From assembly GCF_001194135.2 (NCBI RefSeq), contig NC_068991.1:51903589-51967588 (forward strand): a stretch of 64,000 nucleotides of DNA, given 5' to 3'. The translations under genes and the position numbers were made by a program. The notes beneath the pieces were generated by a model. The model did no database searches, was not told the DNA's origin, and was given only the letters and a program-made list of their open reading frames with translations. The stretch comes from Octopus bimaculoides (lineage: Eukaryota). Numbering within the stretch: position 1 is the first letter of the stretch; every line of letters starts with the position of its first letter. Shown piece by piece: positions 35,891 to 48,826 of the stretch.

Positions 35891-37440
35891 TGTAACGAAC
35901 TAACAAATCTCTTTACAAACCAACAGTCAATATTCCTTGTGAACTAACCAATCGAAACCTTCCGACTTCACTGCGAACTAACGCGAATTTTATTCGACTC
36001 CAAACCCTGAACTCACTCGGATCGTTACTACTTATACTTTACTCGGACCAGTCTATCTCTCGCAAGAGGGCACTATAACTCTCATCACAGCATCTCCCTT
36101 TTTTTCTTTCCAGCACCTTTCCTTCTCTAGCTGTTGTATCTTAATTGTTGCCCGACTTTTAAGGTAGTATTGTTCGTTGCACACAGCGCTTTCTCTTTTC
36201 GTTGAACTAAACACTCTTTTTTTTTCTTTTTTTGAAAATTTAATATCTTTTTCGTTTAAGTATTCCAGATATTTAGCCTGTTTTAGTTTTCTGAAGCTAG
36301 TTCTACAAGGTTCAATATCCTTTCGGTACTGGCACTTCAAACATACCATAGAAGACTTCCATTGGTATTACCCTTCTTCTGTATGTCTTATCTTTAACTG
36401 TTTAAGGTGTCTCTTATGTTCCGAGCGTTATCTTTTAATTAAATACATCATGTTACCTAATCTTTTGATTAAACATCCATCCTCCCAACCTTCTTTGCCA
36501 TTTTTGTAATTTTTAAAATGAACTTTATCTCCTACTTTGAAATGTTTTGAAATATTTCTTGTATTTCCTTCAAATGTATTTTTTGTCTTTCCTTTATATG
36601 TTTTTTTTTTCCTGACAATAATTTATCGAAGATCGATTTTATTTTACGCGAACATTAACTCTGCTGGTGACTTTCCTGAATTNNNNNNNNNNNNNNNNNN
36701 NNNNNNNNNNNNNNNNNNNNNNNNNNNNNNNNNNNNNNNNNNNNNNNNNNNNNNNNNNNNNNNNNNNNNNNNNNNNNNNNNNNNNNNNNTATCTAGCTCG
36801 TTCCTAGCTTTCCTAAGAGCTCTTTTGAACGTGTCAAATCTTCCCGCCTGCCTATTTGCCCTCGGGTGGTAGGGCAGGGTAAAGATATGCCTTATAGCAT
36901 GTAATTCGCAGAAATTTCTTAATTCATATCCCGTGAATTGTGTTCCATTATCTGAAACTAACGTGTCCGGAACACCGTATGGAACAAATAACTCGAGTAG
37001 GAACTTTATTGTTGTCTTTGCTGTGGGTTTTTACATCTGCATACTCCTGGCCTCTTTGTATAGCTATCCACAACGATTAGATAGCATGCACCATTCACTG
37101 GTCCAGCATAATCGGTGTGTATCCTGGACATGGGCTCTCATTCTCCGGCCACGATTGGTATTTTACTGGTGGTACTTTGGTTGTCAGTGCGCAAATTCTA
37201 CATGCTTTCACCAATTTCTCGATGTCCGTGTCCACAGTCGTCCAATATACAAAGCTCCTCATTAAAGGCAAATATAATGACACTTCTCTTCACTGAGTGT
37301 GAAACTATAATCCTTAATTTTTTAAAGACACACTTCACTTCGATATGCTCATTCCGCGATTCGCTTTTGATTAATACGTCATCAAGGTAAGGAATAACAA
37401 TTTGTAAGTCTGCCAGCATCGCATCCATCACCTGTTGAAC
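35891..37440 (-). mobile_element. Ty3/Gypsy LTR retrotransposon 3' half (RT fragment, integrase, PPT, putative 3' LTR)
   Basis: RT QQVMDAMLADLQIVIPYLDDVLIKS; integrase LMRSFVYW..DIEKLVKACRIC, YLIVVDSYTK, YGVPDTLVSDNGTQFT, SGKSPAELMFA; PPT aaagaaaaaaagggaga at 36093-36109 followed by TG at 36092. The LTR end near 35891 (..gttaCA) is tentative. Confidence 0.85.
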
Positions 37441-38652
37441 GAGGTGACGAACGAGGTAACTTGTCTTACCCAGGAATGGGCAGAGAGGAAGTTGTCCTTG
37501 AAAGGTCGGGCAGAGGTGGCGAATGCCTACATCGCCTCTGTCATTATTTATCGTCTGATCATCGTACCATGCCACAGTTTCTGCTTGATTAAGTTGGAGC
37601 GTATCCTGTTTATTTTCTTGTGGAAGAGACACGTGTCAATGGTCAGACGGTCAGTCTGCGTGGCGGCCTTTCCGCAGCTCGTCTCCTTGACGAAGCAGCA
37701 GTCCTGCGTAAAGTCCTAGAATGTCGCCAGGCCCTCACTGTCCTCTACAAGCCGGGCAATAGGATCGGTAGATGTTCCACTTTAGCTATATACAGAGGAT
37801 TAGTAGCGGGGAAGTGCGACGGCGTCCTTGAGGAAACTCTAAGCGTTGACGAAGACGAACGGACAAGTCTATTCCGGAGGACATTCCATTCGGTGACTAT
37901 TGTGGATAATTTGCAGATGTCTTAGGCCTGGTAGTGCTGCCGGGGTGCGCTACCGATCCGAGATAAACTCTACAGACATAGATGTACCGTCAGACGGGCT
38001 TGTCCGAGGTGCTCACAGATGTTCTACATGCACGCATTCAGTGTTTGGGCATTGCTAACTTGTGGAGTTTATGTCGAACAGCTGCTGTCGCGTGTGGGAC
38101 GGATCCATCTGTCAGCTGAGTCCATAATGATGATTGCCTTACCGTCCTACTTTAATTGGGCAGGCAAGGCAGTTTTCCTTTGCCTGGTGATTGTGACGCA
38201 AGAGATTGTCTGGTGGACGAGGTTGAAAGGAATGAGAGCAGAAACATCCCTCTTCGACTGCTCCAAGTTTCAATTGAAATGGTGAAGGGGAGGGGGAAAT
38301 GCTGTCCTCAGGTGAATTTATCAATAGGTGGGTTGAAAGTTACGAAAATGGCAAGTGTGGATGGTACCACTCTCAGCGTAGTCCTATGAGTCGGAGGAAA
38401 GGAGTTGAAGAAGGCACTCTTCCTTGGTATTCAGGGTGATTTTAGATGGTGGGGTTCCTCGATTATCCCTAGAGGTCCTCCTTATCGGGAGGGCTCCATC
38501 ATTCATTTTTTTCCCTTCTAGTACCGTATATTATGCAAACTTCCCTTCTTTTAATGTATACCGTGTATACTTTTTTTTAAAAATTGTCATTTTATCATCT
38601 GCAACCTCCAACGCTTTGTGTCTGTCCTTCGCCCTTGAGGCAAATAAAAGAA

Positions 38653-38654
<2 letters not shown>
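37441..38654 (+). mobile_element. Tx1-like LINE, 3' part
   Basis: QEWAERKLSLKGRAEVANAYIAS, FIFLWKRHVSMVRRS, RACPRC, IVWWTRLKG; ends gcccttgaggcaaataaaagaaat followed by (ATT)n. Confidence 0.85.
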
Positions 38655-38694
<40 letters not shown>

Positions 38695-40016
38695 CGCTTC
38701 CCAGCACAATTTCTTAACGTGCACCTTTTGACATATCAATTTTCTGTTGAAGTTCCTGTAGAAGGAGACCTCAAGCGAAATGTGACAGACTAGCTTTGCA
38801 TGGGTCAACGCTTGTGCTGTAGTTGTTGTTGTTGTTGTTGTTGTCGTTGTTATTGCACCTGTATTGTTATTGTGCTGGAGAGAAAACTTACACTGGTAAT
38901 TCGAACTATGCAACGACGACTAAAGCGTTCGTATTCTCCAAACCGATTCTCTATTACATGTTATCAGATATCTCTTGTTAAACAACTTGGGATTCTTTGC
39001 CAAGGAAGCTCACATTCATGCATTTTTTTCTTTTATAAAAAAAAAAAACCCAGCTGACATAAATTTCGTGACAAACGTTAAACATACCTTTTATAGTGAA
39101 CAACTACTTGACTAAGGCTGAAATGAGTCAGTCTTCCTAATAATTTTCACATCGAAATCATCACAAAACGGTCGTCGTCGTCGTTGTTGTTGTTGTTGTT
39201 GCTGCAAAAAACCACTTCGATAATGACAACATCGATGACAATAAAATAACAATGGAAACAGCAATAGGGTTTACATTCATCGGCCCAAAATCAAATAAAC
39301 GAATAAATAAAATAACGAAGGAAAATATAGACATATGCGATAGGAATCACTTCATTAATCCGGTTTTTAAGGTATTTTGTCCCAGTATGGGCAACAGTAA
39401 TAATGAAGATGGCGATGATGATGATTTCAGTGGTGGTGATAGTGGTAGTGACAACGACGACGACTGACGATAGTCTAAAATGGAGTTCGTGACCTAGATA
39501 ATAATATTAATAATACTAAAAAGATAATGTCAGTTGTATTAGTATATTCGCAAACAGTTATGTCCAGCCATTTTGTCATGACTGGGTATGGGTAAGTCAA
39601 ATGACTAAACACAGAACGTCTAGACAAATATTCTGCCAAGTGTAAGAGTCAATTTGTTAAGGAGACTATAATTCAATTTAATTGATGTTGCTATCCATCA
39701 ATATGTGTGTGTGTGTGTGTGTGTATGTATATGTGTCTGTGTGTGTATAGATAGATAGATAGATAGATAGATACGTATACATGGGCCTCAACTATGCAAA
39801 CCTGTTCATTTATTGTCATTTATTTACGAGTATTATAAATTTTATAGGTAAAATATTTGTCTGGGAACGAATTACGATTTATAACATTACTACTATGGAA
39901 AATTATTGCTCTGCTTTACGAGTTTTTGCTTTATGAGTGGTCTCTGGGAACAGGTTAACTCGTATGTCGAAGCATTATTATATATAGAGAGATAGATAGG
40001 TTAGTTATATTAAGCT

Positions 40017-40069
<53 letters not shown>

Positions 40070-40074
40070 GTGTG

Positions 40075-40270
40075 TGTCTGTCTGTCCTTCCACCATCACC
40101 GGACAACCGGTTTTGGTGTTTACGTCCCCGTAATTTAACGGTTCGTCAAAAGAATCCGACAGAATATGCACCAAGCTTATCAAAATTAAGTACTAGGGTA
40201 GATTCATTCGACTAAAAATTTTATCAAAGCGCTTCTCCCGCATGTTTGCAGTCTAATAAATGAAACAAGT

Positions 40271-40275
<5 letters not shown>
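40075..40275 (+). mobile_element. SINE family B, 3' half
   Basis: gacaaccgg..ttggtgtttacgtccccgtaatttaacggttcg...taagtactagggtagattcattcgactaaaa, preceded by (TG)n. Confidence 0.7.
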
Positions 40276-40316
<41 letters not shown>

Positions 40317-40563
40317 TGTATGTATGTATGTAATATTCACGCGACGGATGTCCAAACGCAAACCTGGAAGTACGTATAATACTACTACTCTATAGCACAG
40401 GGTAAATCTGAAGATGGACGAGCTTTATACAGTACTCTACTACGTTCTTATGCCATATATATACAATTGCCATGCCATAGTAAGCACTTGGTTAAAAATA
40501 CGTAGGTACACATCCAGTAGTATATTGGACATTTAATATTCCTCCGATAGTTTAACCTCTAAG

Positions 40564-40607
<44 letters not shown>

Positions 40608-42169
40608 CCTCTAATAGAGGGAGTTGGGTTTGTAATCTGTCGCCGAGATTTAAGATTCAAATAACTCAGTGCATCATATATGTACACTAAAGTTTGCTGA
40701 ATGTATGATGAGTATTTCTTAATAGCCTAATGTACATAGTTATAAACAGGTATCACAATCTGTAGTGGTTTGCTCCTCTACGCAGCGGCCCTACAGTTCA
40801 CAATAACGTCTAATTCCTTATCTTTTATTACCGAGTTCTTTATGGATATTTCCATTAAAAAAAAGACATTACGGTCCGACGGATCTTGTTTATGAGTTAA
40901 TAAATTTGATCCCCCATTGAGAGATGCCCATGACCACGAGGTATCAAATAACAGACGCGTTGTCTAAATAAGATATATACTTATACATAGCATGGCAATG
41001 ATAACGAAAACTTTCATATAGTCGTCTACCCGCCCCGTCCCTCATTAGCGACATTTACAAAGTGACTGATAATATTTCAGTTTAGCGGTGTTATCAAGGA
41101 TAGATTTGCTGAAGCCATGGTCATTAGTCGAGTCAAGCAGGTGTTCTGTCGTAAACAGAAACCATATTTCGTGGCCTCGACCAAAACGTTCCAATCAACG
41201 CTTTTTGGTATTGTGCAACTTGAGTGAGAAGAAGAATGAATTCATTGAAATCAGTGTGACACCTTTTTGTCAAATTGAAAACCGTTTCGTCTATTATTAC
41301 CACGGTAGTCACGTGGCTATCATTAGACGCTAAGCTTCAATACAAAGAAACCCCCCGTAAATATAAGAATAACGAGGAAGATTGGACGCTTAATTTCTAA
41401 TCTCTTGCTTCAATGTATTTGGAAATAAAGAGAGACTTGTTACAAGGAAACGCGGGAATAATTATGCAGAAGATAAAGGGAAGATTCGTTCGAGAAAATT
41501 GTTATTTTATGGAAAATTACACTTGAAATATTCTCTGTTGATTGAATACAAAAGTACGTCACTGCTGCTGCTGTTGTTGCTGTTCATGATGATGATGATG
41601 TAGGTGAGGATAGGGACAACAACTACAATTTCTAACTTCAGCACACGGTAACACATTTTTTAAGGCAGAGATATACTTGATTTGTCTCCCAGTATACTTG
41701 AAACACTGTATCAATTTTAGAAAGGTAAAGAACAAAGAAGAAGAAGAAGAAGGAGGAGGAGGAGGAGAAGGAAGAGGAGGAAGAGGAGGAGGAGGAGGAC
41801 NNNNNNNNNNAGGAGGAGGAGGAGGAGAAGGAAGAGGAGGAGGAGGAGGAGAAGGAAGAGGAGGAAGAGGAGGAGGAGGAGGACCATGTCAGTATCAAGA
41901 TAAAGTATCTTATCGCCACGTATCTTCTACAAAAGTTTCCACTTTAGCGAAATGCACTCGAATGGTTTCTATTTAATTATAAATTAAGATTTTAATGTGG
42001 TGCAAAATGGTGAATCCCATGAAATCAGTTCCTAACACGATTTTCTTCACTATCTAATTGATAAGCTTTCAGTATTTAGACAAGTTTTGTCACCACACTC
42101 TGCATGGAATTCATTTGGTGTATGCTAGGGATCATCTTCTGATGAACCAAGTAGCATCAGCCGATCGAT

Positions 42170-42490
42170 ATTCGCTCTACGGCAAGTCTTTGAAGAATCG
42201 TGGAAATTGCGCCAAAAGATGTACGGTTGCTTTGTAGACCTCAAACAGGGACATGACCGCGTGCCACAGGATATGTAGAAATTTTGCAAGAGTCATGAAT
42301 TAATGGGCAACTTTTCGTTGCCGTGAAGTCCCTATATGAATGCCTAGATGTTTGTGTTCGGGTGAAGTCGGAACCTTTCAAAGTAGGTGTTGGACTTCGG
42401 CAGGGGAGCGTATTGTCACCTCTCCTCTTGGTAATTTTTATATGCTGGGTCGACATGCGCAGCCGTTGTGGGAGTAGTATCACAATCGAT
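42170..42490 (+). mobile_element. RTE-type LINE RT fragment
   Basis: IFALRQVFEESW..CFVDLK..HDRVP..VAVKSLYECLDVCVRVKSEPFKVGVGLRQGSVLSPLLLVIF. Confidence 0.75.
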
Positions 42491-44665
42491 GTATGTATAT
42501 GTGAAATGCAAAATAAAAATTCAGTCATCACAAAAATCAACATTTTAATCAATATTTTTTTCTAAAAATCATAAAGCTAATATAGCAATAAACTTTTTAA
42601 ATATGTAATGAAAAGGTAAAAACTGGTAATGGTAAAAAAAAAATAATAATAGAAAAGAAATAGGTTTATGAGAAATTTAGAAAACAGTTTTGAGTTATAA
42701 ACATTAGAGTTTAGAAACAGAGAGTAAGTGTCTATAACAAGATTAAGAATATAGAAGATAGCCTTTAATACTATTGCAAGACTAAAGATAGTGAGTCTAG
42801 AAAGAAACAAGGAGGGGGACAATAGAATCAATAAGGAAACGGATTGTAGAAATCAAACTAGCGGTTATAAGGAGACCACACAAAGGATAAAAAAATGGAT
42901 GTTATAAGACTAGGTTAGGAAGAATAAGAACATACACTATTTAAAGACGAAGGCTCTATAAAAGGAACGAAAACGGACTATGCAATAAATAAATATCGAT
43001 ATCACACAAAGAATAAAGCTAAAAAAGGTAGAAGTGGAAGAAATAAAGTTAAGGATGATACAAAGAACAAAGGAAACTATCGACAGTTGTACAAGATTAG
43101 AGATCTAGACTGTAAAAAGACAAATTATGCATATACAATTAAAAAGGTAAAGACAGAAGTTTTACAACGAATAAAGACAGAAACTACAGAATGAATTTAA
43201 AAAATAAAACAACTGTATAAGGCCCACAGTGACAATAATAAGAATAAAGATAGAGTCTATCTTTAAGACAATGACTAAAAAAGGAAAATGATAGAGATTA
43301 CGGAAGGAATAAGCAATGAGGCTATAAGAATAATTAAGAGAAAAACTATAGAAAGACTATAGGCAAGACACTGAAAAATGGTTGTTAGTATACAAATGCA
43401 AGCAGACTATTCTGACAGTCTGTTTGTATTTGTATGTTCTGTAGAGTGAAAGACAACGACGGGAGAAAGTTCTACAAGAGAAATATAAAGATCTACAAAG
43501 AAAAGAATTATACTGAAAAATCTGCAGCATCTAATAAAACAACAGTATTAGAATAGTGTGGGTGAGAAAACGAAGAAATGATAGTATATTGGTAAAAATG
43601 AGGCTAAAATTTTTTTTGAAAGATTCATGAAAGCATCCATCATGACAGAAGACAAAATAACAATGAAAAGTATAAAATGCGCACTAATCACGAAGACAGT
43701 TGTTATTTTGAATGGAATATCGTAGAGATTCACCGATATTGTTATACACAGTCGTAATTCTGTTGAAGACAACCCTCAACAGAAAAATCGGTGGAATTAA
43801 GAAAAAAGTGACATGTAGGAGTTTAGAGAAGCTTATTTATAAATCGTTTCCAGATTGTTTAAACTCCAGGCTATATAGGAGGGTATCCTGGACATATCCC
43901 GAGTAAGGATACAGGCGGAGACAACAGATGATGGCACAGAAGTTAGCATTGACATATGGGTGAGGATGATTTTACACTGAATTTTATAAGCAATTCAGCA
44001 GCATGTCAGTAATTATAAATATATCGACATTTTAGATGTTTTAATAATTTCGTGCTTTCGAAGCATTTTCAATCGGTCTCTCCTTTCGTACAATTGGATA
44101 ACTTTCAAGATGTCATCACTCGATTACGAATTTCATCTAATGGCTTTCTATGGCTACTTACACGCACGCACACGCACACACACACGCACACACACACAAC
44201 ATTTCATGCTCCTGTCATCTCTATCACAAAATGAATAAAGCGGTAGCTTTATTTATAAACTTTTAATTATGATAAATTAATTATCAATTCCATAAAATTG
44301 TACGAATTTCAAAGAGGCATTGTAAATTCGATAGTCAGTGGATTTGAAACTATGTTTGATTTGAGAACTCACCTATAACATGTTAAGTGTAGACGTGGAG
44401 AGAAGAGGTAGGAGATAAAATAAAAAGCGAGCATTAAGTTTTGCAGATGAAGTTTAGGTTAAAATTAGGATTAAGAATTTTAAAGTTTATCGCGATAGAT
44501 TATCTATAAAATTCAGAGCCAGCACTGATTTGTTACAATGTTTTCTATACAAATATATCTATATAGATAATGCGATCGAAGATAGAAAAAAAATAGGTAA
44601 TGGGTGTACATGCATATCTCAAGCCTGAAGTCTTGTACTCTAACACCCTTGTTAATTCGCCGCCT

Positions 44666-45049
44666 GTGGAGGCGCAATGGCCCAGTGATTAGGGCAGCGG
44701 ACTCGCGGTCATAAGATCGCGGTTTCGATTCCCAGACCGGGTGTTGTGAGTGTTTATTGAGCGAAAACACCTAAAGCTCCACGAGGCTCCGGCAGGGGAT
44801 GGTGGCGAACCCTGCTGTACTCTTCCACCACACCTTTCTCTCACTCTTACTTCCTGTTTCTGTTGTGCCTGTAATTCAAAGGGTCAGCCTTGTCACACTG
44901 TGTCACGCTGAATATCCCCGAGAACTACGTTAAGGATACACGTATCTGTGGAGTGCTCAGCCACTTGCACGTTAATTTCACGAGCAGGCTGTTCCGTTGA
45001 TCGGATCAACTGGAACCCTCGACGTCGTAAGCGAAGTGCCAACAACAAC
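44666..45049 (+). mobile_element. SINE family C (tRNA-derived head, (CAA)n tail), young full-length copy
   Basis: A-box tggcccagtgattagg, B-box ggtttcgattcc; 12-bp TSD aattcgccgcct at 44654-44665 and 45050-45061. Confidence 0.92.
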
Positions 45050-45084
45050 AATTCGCCGCCTATAAGAGAATGAAATTGTTCTAA

Positions 45085-45330
45085 CCGAGGATCGAAACCG
45101 AGTGGCAAACTTGACTTGATGGGAGTGTACTTGTGAGAGAGCTTCTTCGTCATAACTTGTTCTGCCTGGAACAGTAGCCAAAAAGGTTCTCATCAAATTA
45201 TACCCACCGTCTTAAAAAAGAAAGGAGTCAGTGGATAATACAGTATAGAAAGCGGAGATGGTTGTGGCTGGAGTGTCTTTTATTGAGGTCTGTTCTATTG
45301 GAGTTGACTTGGGGTTAAACAACAGCCACA
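45085..45330 (+). mobile_element. SINE family E, degenerate (tail ..GGCTAAACAACAAC); related fragments at about 47640-47775 (+), 49785-49915 (-) and 49985-50315 (+)
   Basis: All share a 3' pattern atggt..tggctgga.tg.cttt.at.a.aggtctg.tc.at.agag.tgac.tggg.ctaaacaac, aligned by eye. Confidence 0.45.
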
Positions 45331-45444
45331 AGAGAGGGGGAGAGAGAATTACGTGTAACTACACAAGTCTCTTCTTTTCTGTCAAGATGATAGTGTAATC
45401 AAGGATTGGATGGGTCCCAGTAAATTATATTTTGCTTTTATTTT

Positions 45445-46180
45445 GGATCTATTTTAAAACGGGGGCGCCAGTATTTTCTTAACGAAACGCTTTGAAACTT
45501 GGGACACTGGTAGAATGTGTCATATAAAACATCTTTTACTCTTAGTCTTCTTAACAAAAAAAAGGAATTCGCAAGTTTATTCCATGTTAAAGTTGTCGTA
45601 TTTCTGTAATTTCAACCAATCACTGACGTCTATTCAGCTCAATAAGAGTTACTGCTGGGCGGTCATAAAAATGTTATTCCCTGTGACATATTTCATCCGG
45701 TTTAATCGTAATTTATACGCATATATTGTTTATATAATAAATTACGCTGTGCGTATCTATCTATGTGTGTAACAATTTTAGAGTTCGGATTCTAGAGTTA
45801 GGGTTAGTTTTAGGGTTAGGGTTAACAGTCTAGTTAGGGTTAGGGGATTAATACGATATACACCGTTACAGCGCTAACTGTTTTCAACTGGATAGACGTC
45901 AGTGATTANNNNNNNNNNNNNNNNNNNNNNNNNNNNNNNNNNNNNNNNNNNNNNNNNNNNNNNNNNNNNNNNNNNNNNNNNNNNNNNNNNNNNNNNNNNN
46001 NNNNNNNNNNNNNNNNNNNNNNNNNNNNNNNNNNNNNNATGAAATAAATTCGAATACAAAAATATTTTTCTGTTCTATAACACAAAATAGATAAGTATAC
46101 GAAGTTTGAAAGTCTTTCCGTACCAAAAACACTACATAAAGCATAAATGAAAACTGGCGCCCCCGTTTTAAAATAGATCC
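45445..46180. mobile_element. Non-autonomous DNA transposon, 28-bp TIR, 8-bp TSD
   Basis: TIR ggatctattttaaaacgggggcgccagt at 45445-45472 and its exact reverse complement at 46153-46180; TSD tttatttt at 45437-45444 and 46181-46188; TTAGGG arrays inside, at 45798-45846. Confidence 0.9.
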
Positions 46181-46242
46181 TTTATTTTATCAGTTTTGGT
46201 AAGATGAAAATCTAAATTAACTAAGAGACAGAGGTGAGGAAT

Positions 46243-46282
<40 letters not shown>

Positions 46283-47087
46283 TAGAGAGAGAGAGAGATA
46301 GAGAGAGAAAGAGAGCAAAGACTAAATACTTTACAGTATTTAGTCCGACGCTCTATTATTTCTACCAAGACGCTGCTCTTCCAAACAGCCGGTATCGAAT
46401 GCTTTAATTGTCCAGTTGTTGGCAGCTCCATACAGGCAGCCATCTGTGTCTATTGCTGAGAAGAATTAATAACATTCTTCCTGTTCGAAAACGAAATCTC
46501 CAATAGAATTGGCAGAGAGATTAACATCTGGCCGAGTTATAATCTAACAGGCGTAATGTCAGAAAGTAGAGTTTAATGCGATACTTAACATAGAGTGGAG
46601 GGGAATCAGTAAATTTGGAACGACTAGAAAAACTTTATTTAGAGAAAAAAAAAAAAATCATGTTAACCGGTGTAAAGCTGTGAATGTTGCCCATAAAACA
46701 TGGTTATGAAATTCTCTTTCCAGTGGCAAAGCATTCAGCGGGGGAACTCTAGCTAATCAGAAACAGATTTCTATGAGAAGAATATAAAAAAAAAAAAGAG
46801 AGAAAAGAAGAAATACAAAAATATAAATAACAGGAAAACAACTACTGTTGGCTGCTGCCAAGTTAGTTTCCCTGCTGTAGGATTAAAATTCCAGATTTTA
46901 TATTCTTTGCAGCTTCTGTTTTCTTCTCGGATTCTAAATAAATATTTGTGGCCGATTCCATTAAAAGATAGAACAACCAGTATATTTGGGTGGTTACGAC
47001 TCTTGAAATGTTGTATATATACACACAGGCTAGTGGCAGTGCGAGTGCTTGTGTGTGTGTGTGTAGGTGGTGGTGGGGGGGGGGTAA

Positions 47088-47122
<35 letters not shown>

Positions 47123-48778
47123 TTGCGTGTATTTGTTCGTGTGCACACTCTCATGCGCTGATTGAGACAGTCTTTAAAATTCAAACCGAATTTAGACGTA
47201 TTATTTGAAGATAAAAGTCCTTTGTTGGAACAGTCAGTTTTCTTTCTTCTTCTAGTCCTGAAAACACTCTATAGAAATAGATTTATGACACATTATTCTA
47301 TGTCAATGTCTCTTTCATTATTTGGTATTTATTAGAAGCCCTGGCTTTGATGTACGCATACAAAAGAAAGCAGTGTTGATGAAAATGGGGAGAAATAAAA
47401 AAAAGGCCATCTTTAATACATTAAAGATGATAATAAATAGCCTGAACGCTAATGGCAAATCTCGTAACACATTGATCCATTAAAGAATTGTCAGGTCTTC
47501 ATGTTATAATTTCAGTGAAGTTGACTTAGAATGACTTTTCGTCTCTTCTCTAATATAAATCGACTAATTATAATCAGATTTATTATGTAACAAAACATTA
47601 GAGAGAGTAAACAAGTCTCCCTCGAATCGCACCATCTTAGAAATAAGGACATGTTAGATAATATAGTCCAAGAAACATTTGTGTCCGAATAAGTGGCAGA
47701 TGACCGGTTAGATCATTTTGATTGTTGACCTACAGGATCAGAAGTCATAAGAACTGACCTTAAGATAGACAACAAAACAGTCTATCACTGCCAACTGTGA
47801 CATATATATATCTTCATAAACTGTATTTAGGGTTAAGTGGGCAGAGTTACACAGAGTTACATGTGTTGTTTATGGACACTTTTTAGAGTTGTTCAGTTGT
47901 AAGTTGATGAAGTGAAGACTCAGATATTCAAACATATAACGAAAAGAAACTGATTTATAATTAATTCAGTTTTTACTTCAGTCTTGAATATTGCGAATTC
48001 AAGCTCGGACAGGTTATGTTATCATGTTATCATTTCAGGAACGAATAAAATTAGCATCAGAGAATCTACACCGCAGTAAATAATCTTCATGAGACAACGT
48101 TTAGTGTTCCATCAAGTTTAGAGACAACTGCAGATCAGGCAAGCCAAGATGACCAACTCCCAGGCGAGATATCGTTTTATCGATATCAGGCACTGACAAA
48201 GTACAAAACTAAAAAGAATAGCAATGAAAATGGCCCTAGTCTGGCTGCAGAAATAACATGAAAGAGAATTTACCGTTTTATTAGCACCAGAGAGAAAGGG
48301 TGAAAGAGTGAGAGGTTTAACTGAACTCCGAACATTGTTTTCAAGTTTCTTGTTATTTTTGCTTATTTTCCGCGCTAAACTTTAAACTATGTTTTACGAC
48401 ACTAACTCAAGATATTTGTTACTGACTGAGCTATCATTTGTGTAGATTTGCCATTGAATACAAATAACATTAGGTGTAGTTATCAAAATATTTAATTATC
48501 ATCAACTTAGGACATTTAGGGAGTCTCTATGAATTGTGCAACCTGCTAGAAATTGCAGACAAATATCTCTGAAAGTTACACTCTATAAACTTAACAAAGG
48601 TAAGACATGTTGTTAGATCAATTATGTCTGAATAGTGAACGATATCGCCACGACTGGAAGGACTTTCAGAATTGATATAGCCGATCAAGGGTGATCTGGG
48701 GACAACAAAAACCACAGTTACCGTCTATACATTGAATCTATGAAGTCAGTACTACGAAGTACTTCGTTCGGGTGGCTG

Positions 48779-48826
<48 letters not shown>

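Noticed and set aside
41088-41333. ORF 41088-41333 and a minus-strand VVIIDE (Walker B-like) stretch
   Set aside because: A single short motif with no Walker A or other context; likely chance.
41677-41976. Gly/Arg-rich ORF (RGG-like)
   Set aside because: It is the translation of a (GGA)n/(GAA)n microsatellite spanning a 10-N gap, with no flanking domain or splice support.
42560-43950. A-rich strand-biased tract suggestive of a very old LINE
   Set aside because: Compositional bias only; no RT or endonuclease motif could be read.
44666-44740. tRNA-like sequences at SINE heads (also 53190, 55114, 58195 and the family A heads)
   Set aside because: A and B boxes are present, but there is no complete cloverleaf or acceptor stem, and each continues into a SINE body bounded by TSDs in several cases.
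45798-45846. TTAGGG repeats as a telomere or a chromosome fusion site
   Set aside because: Short, degenerate and located inside a TIR element with an intact TSD, so they are element cargo.
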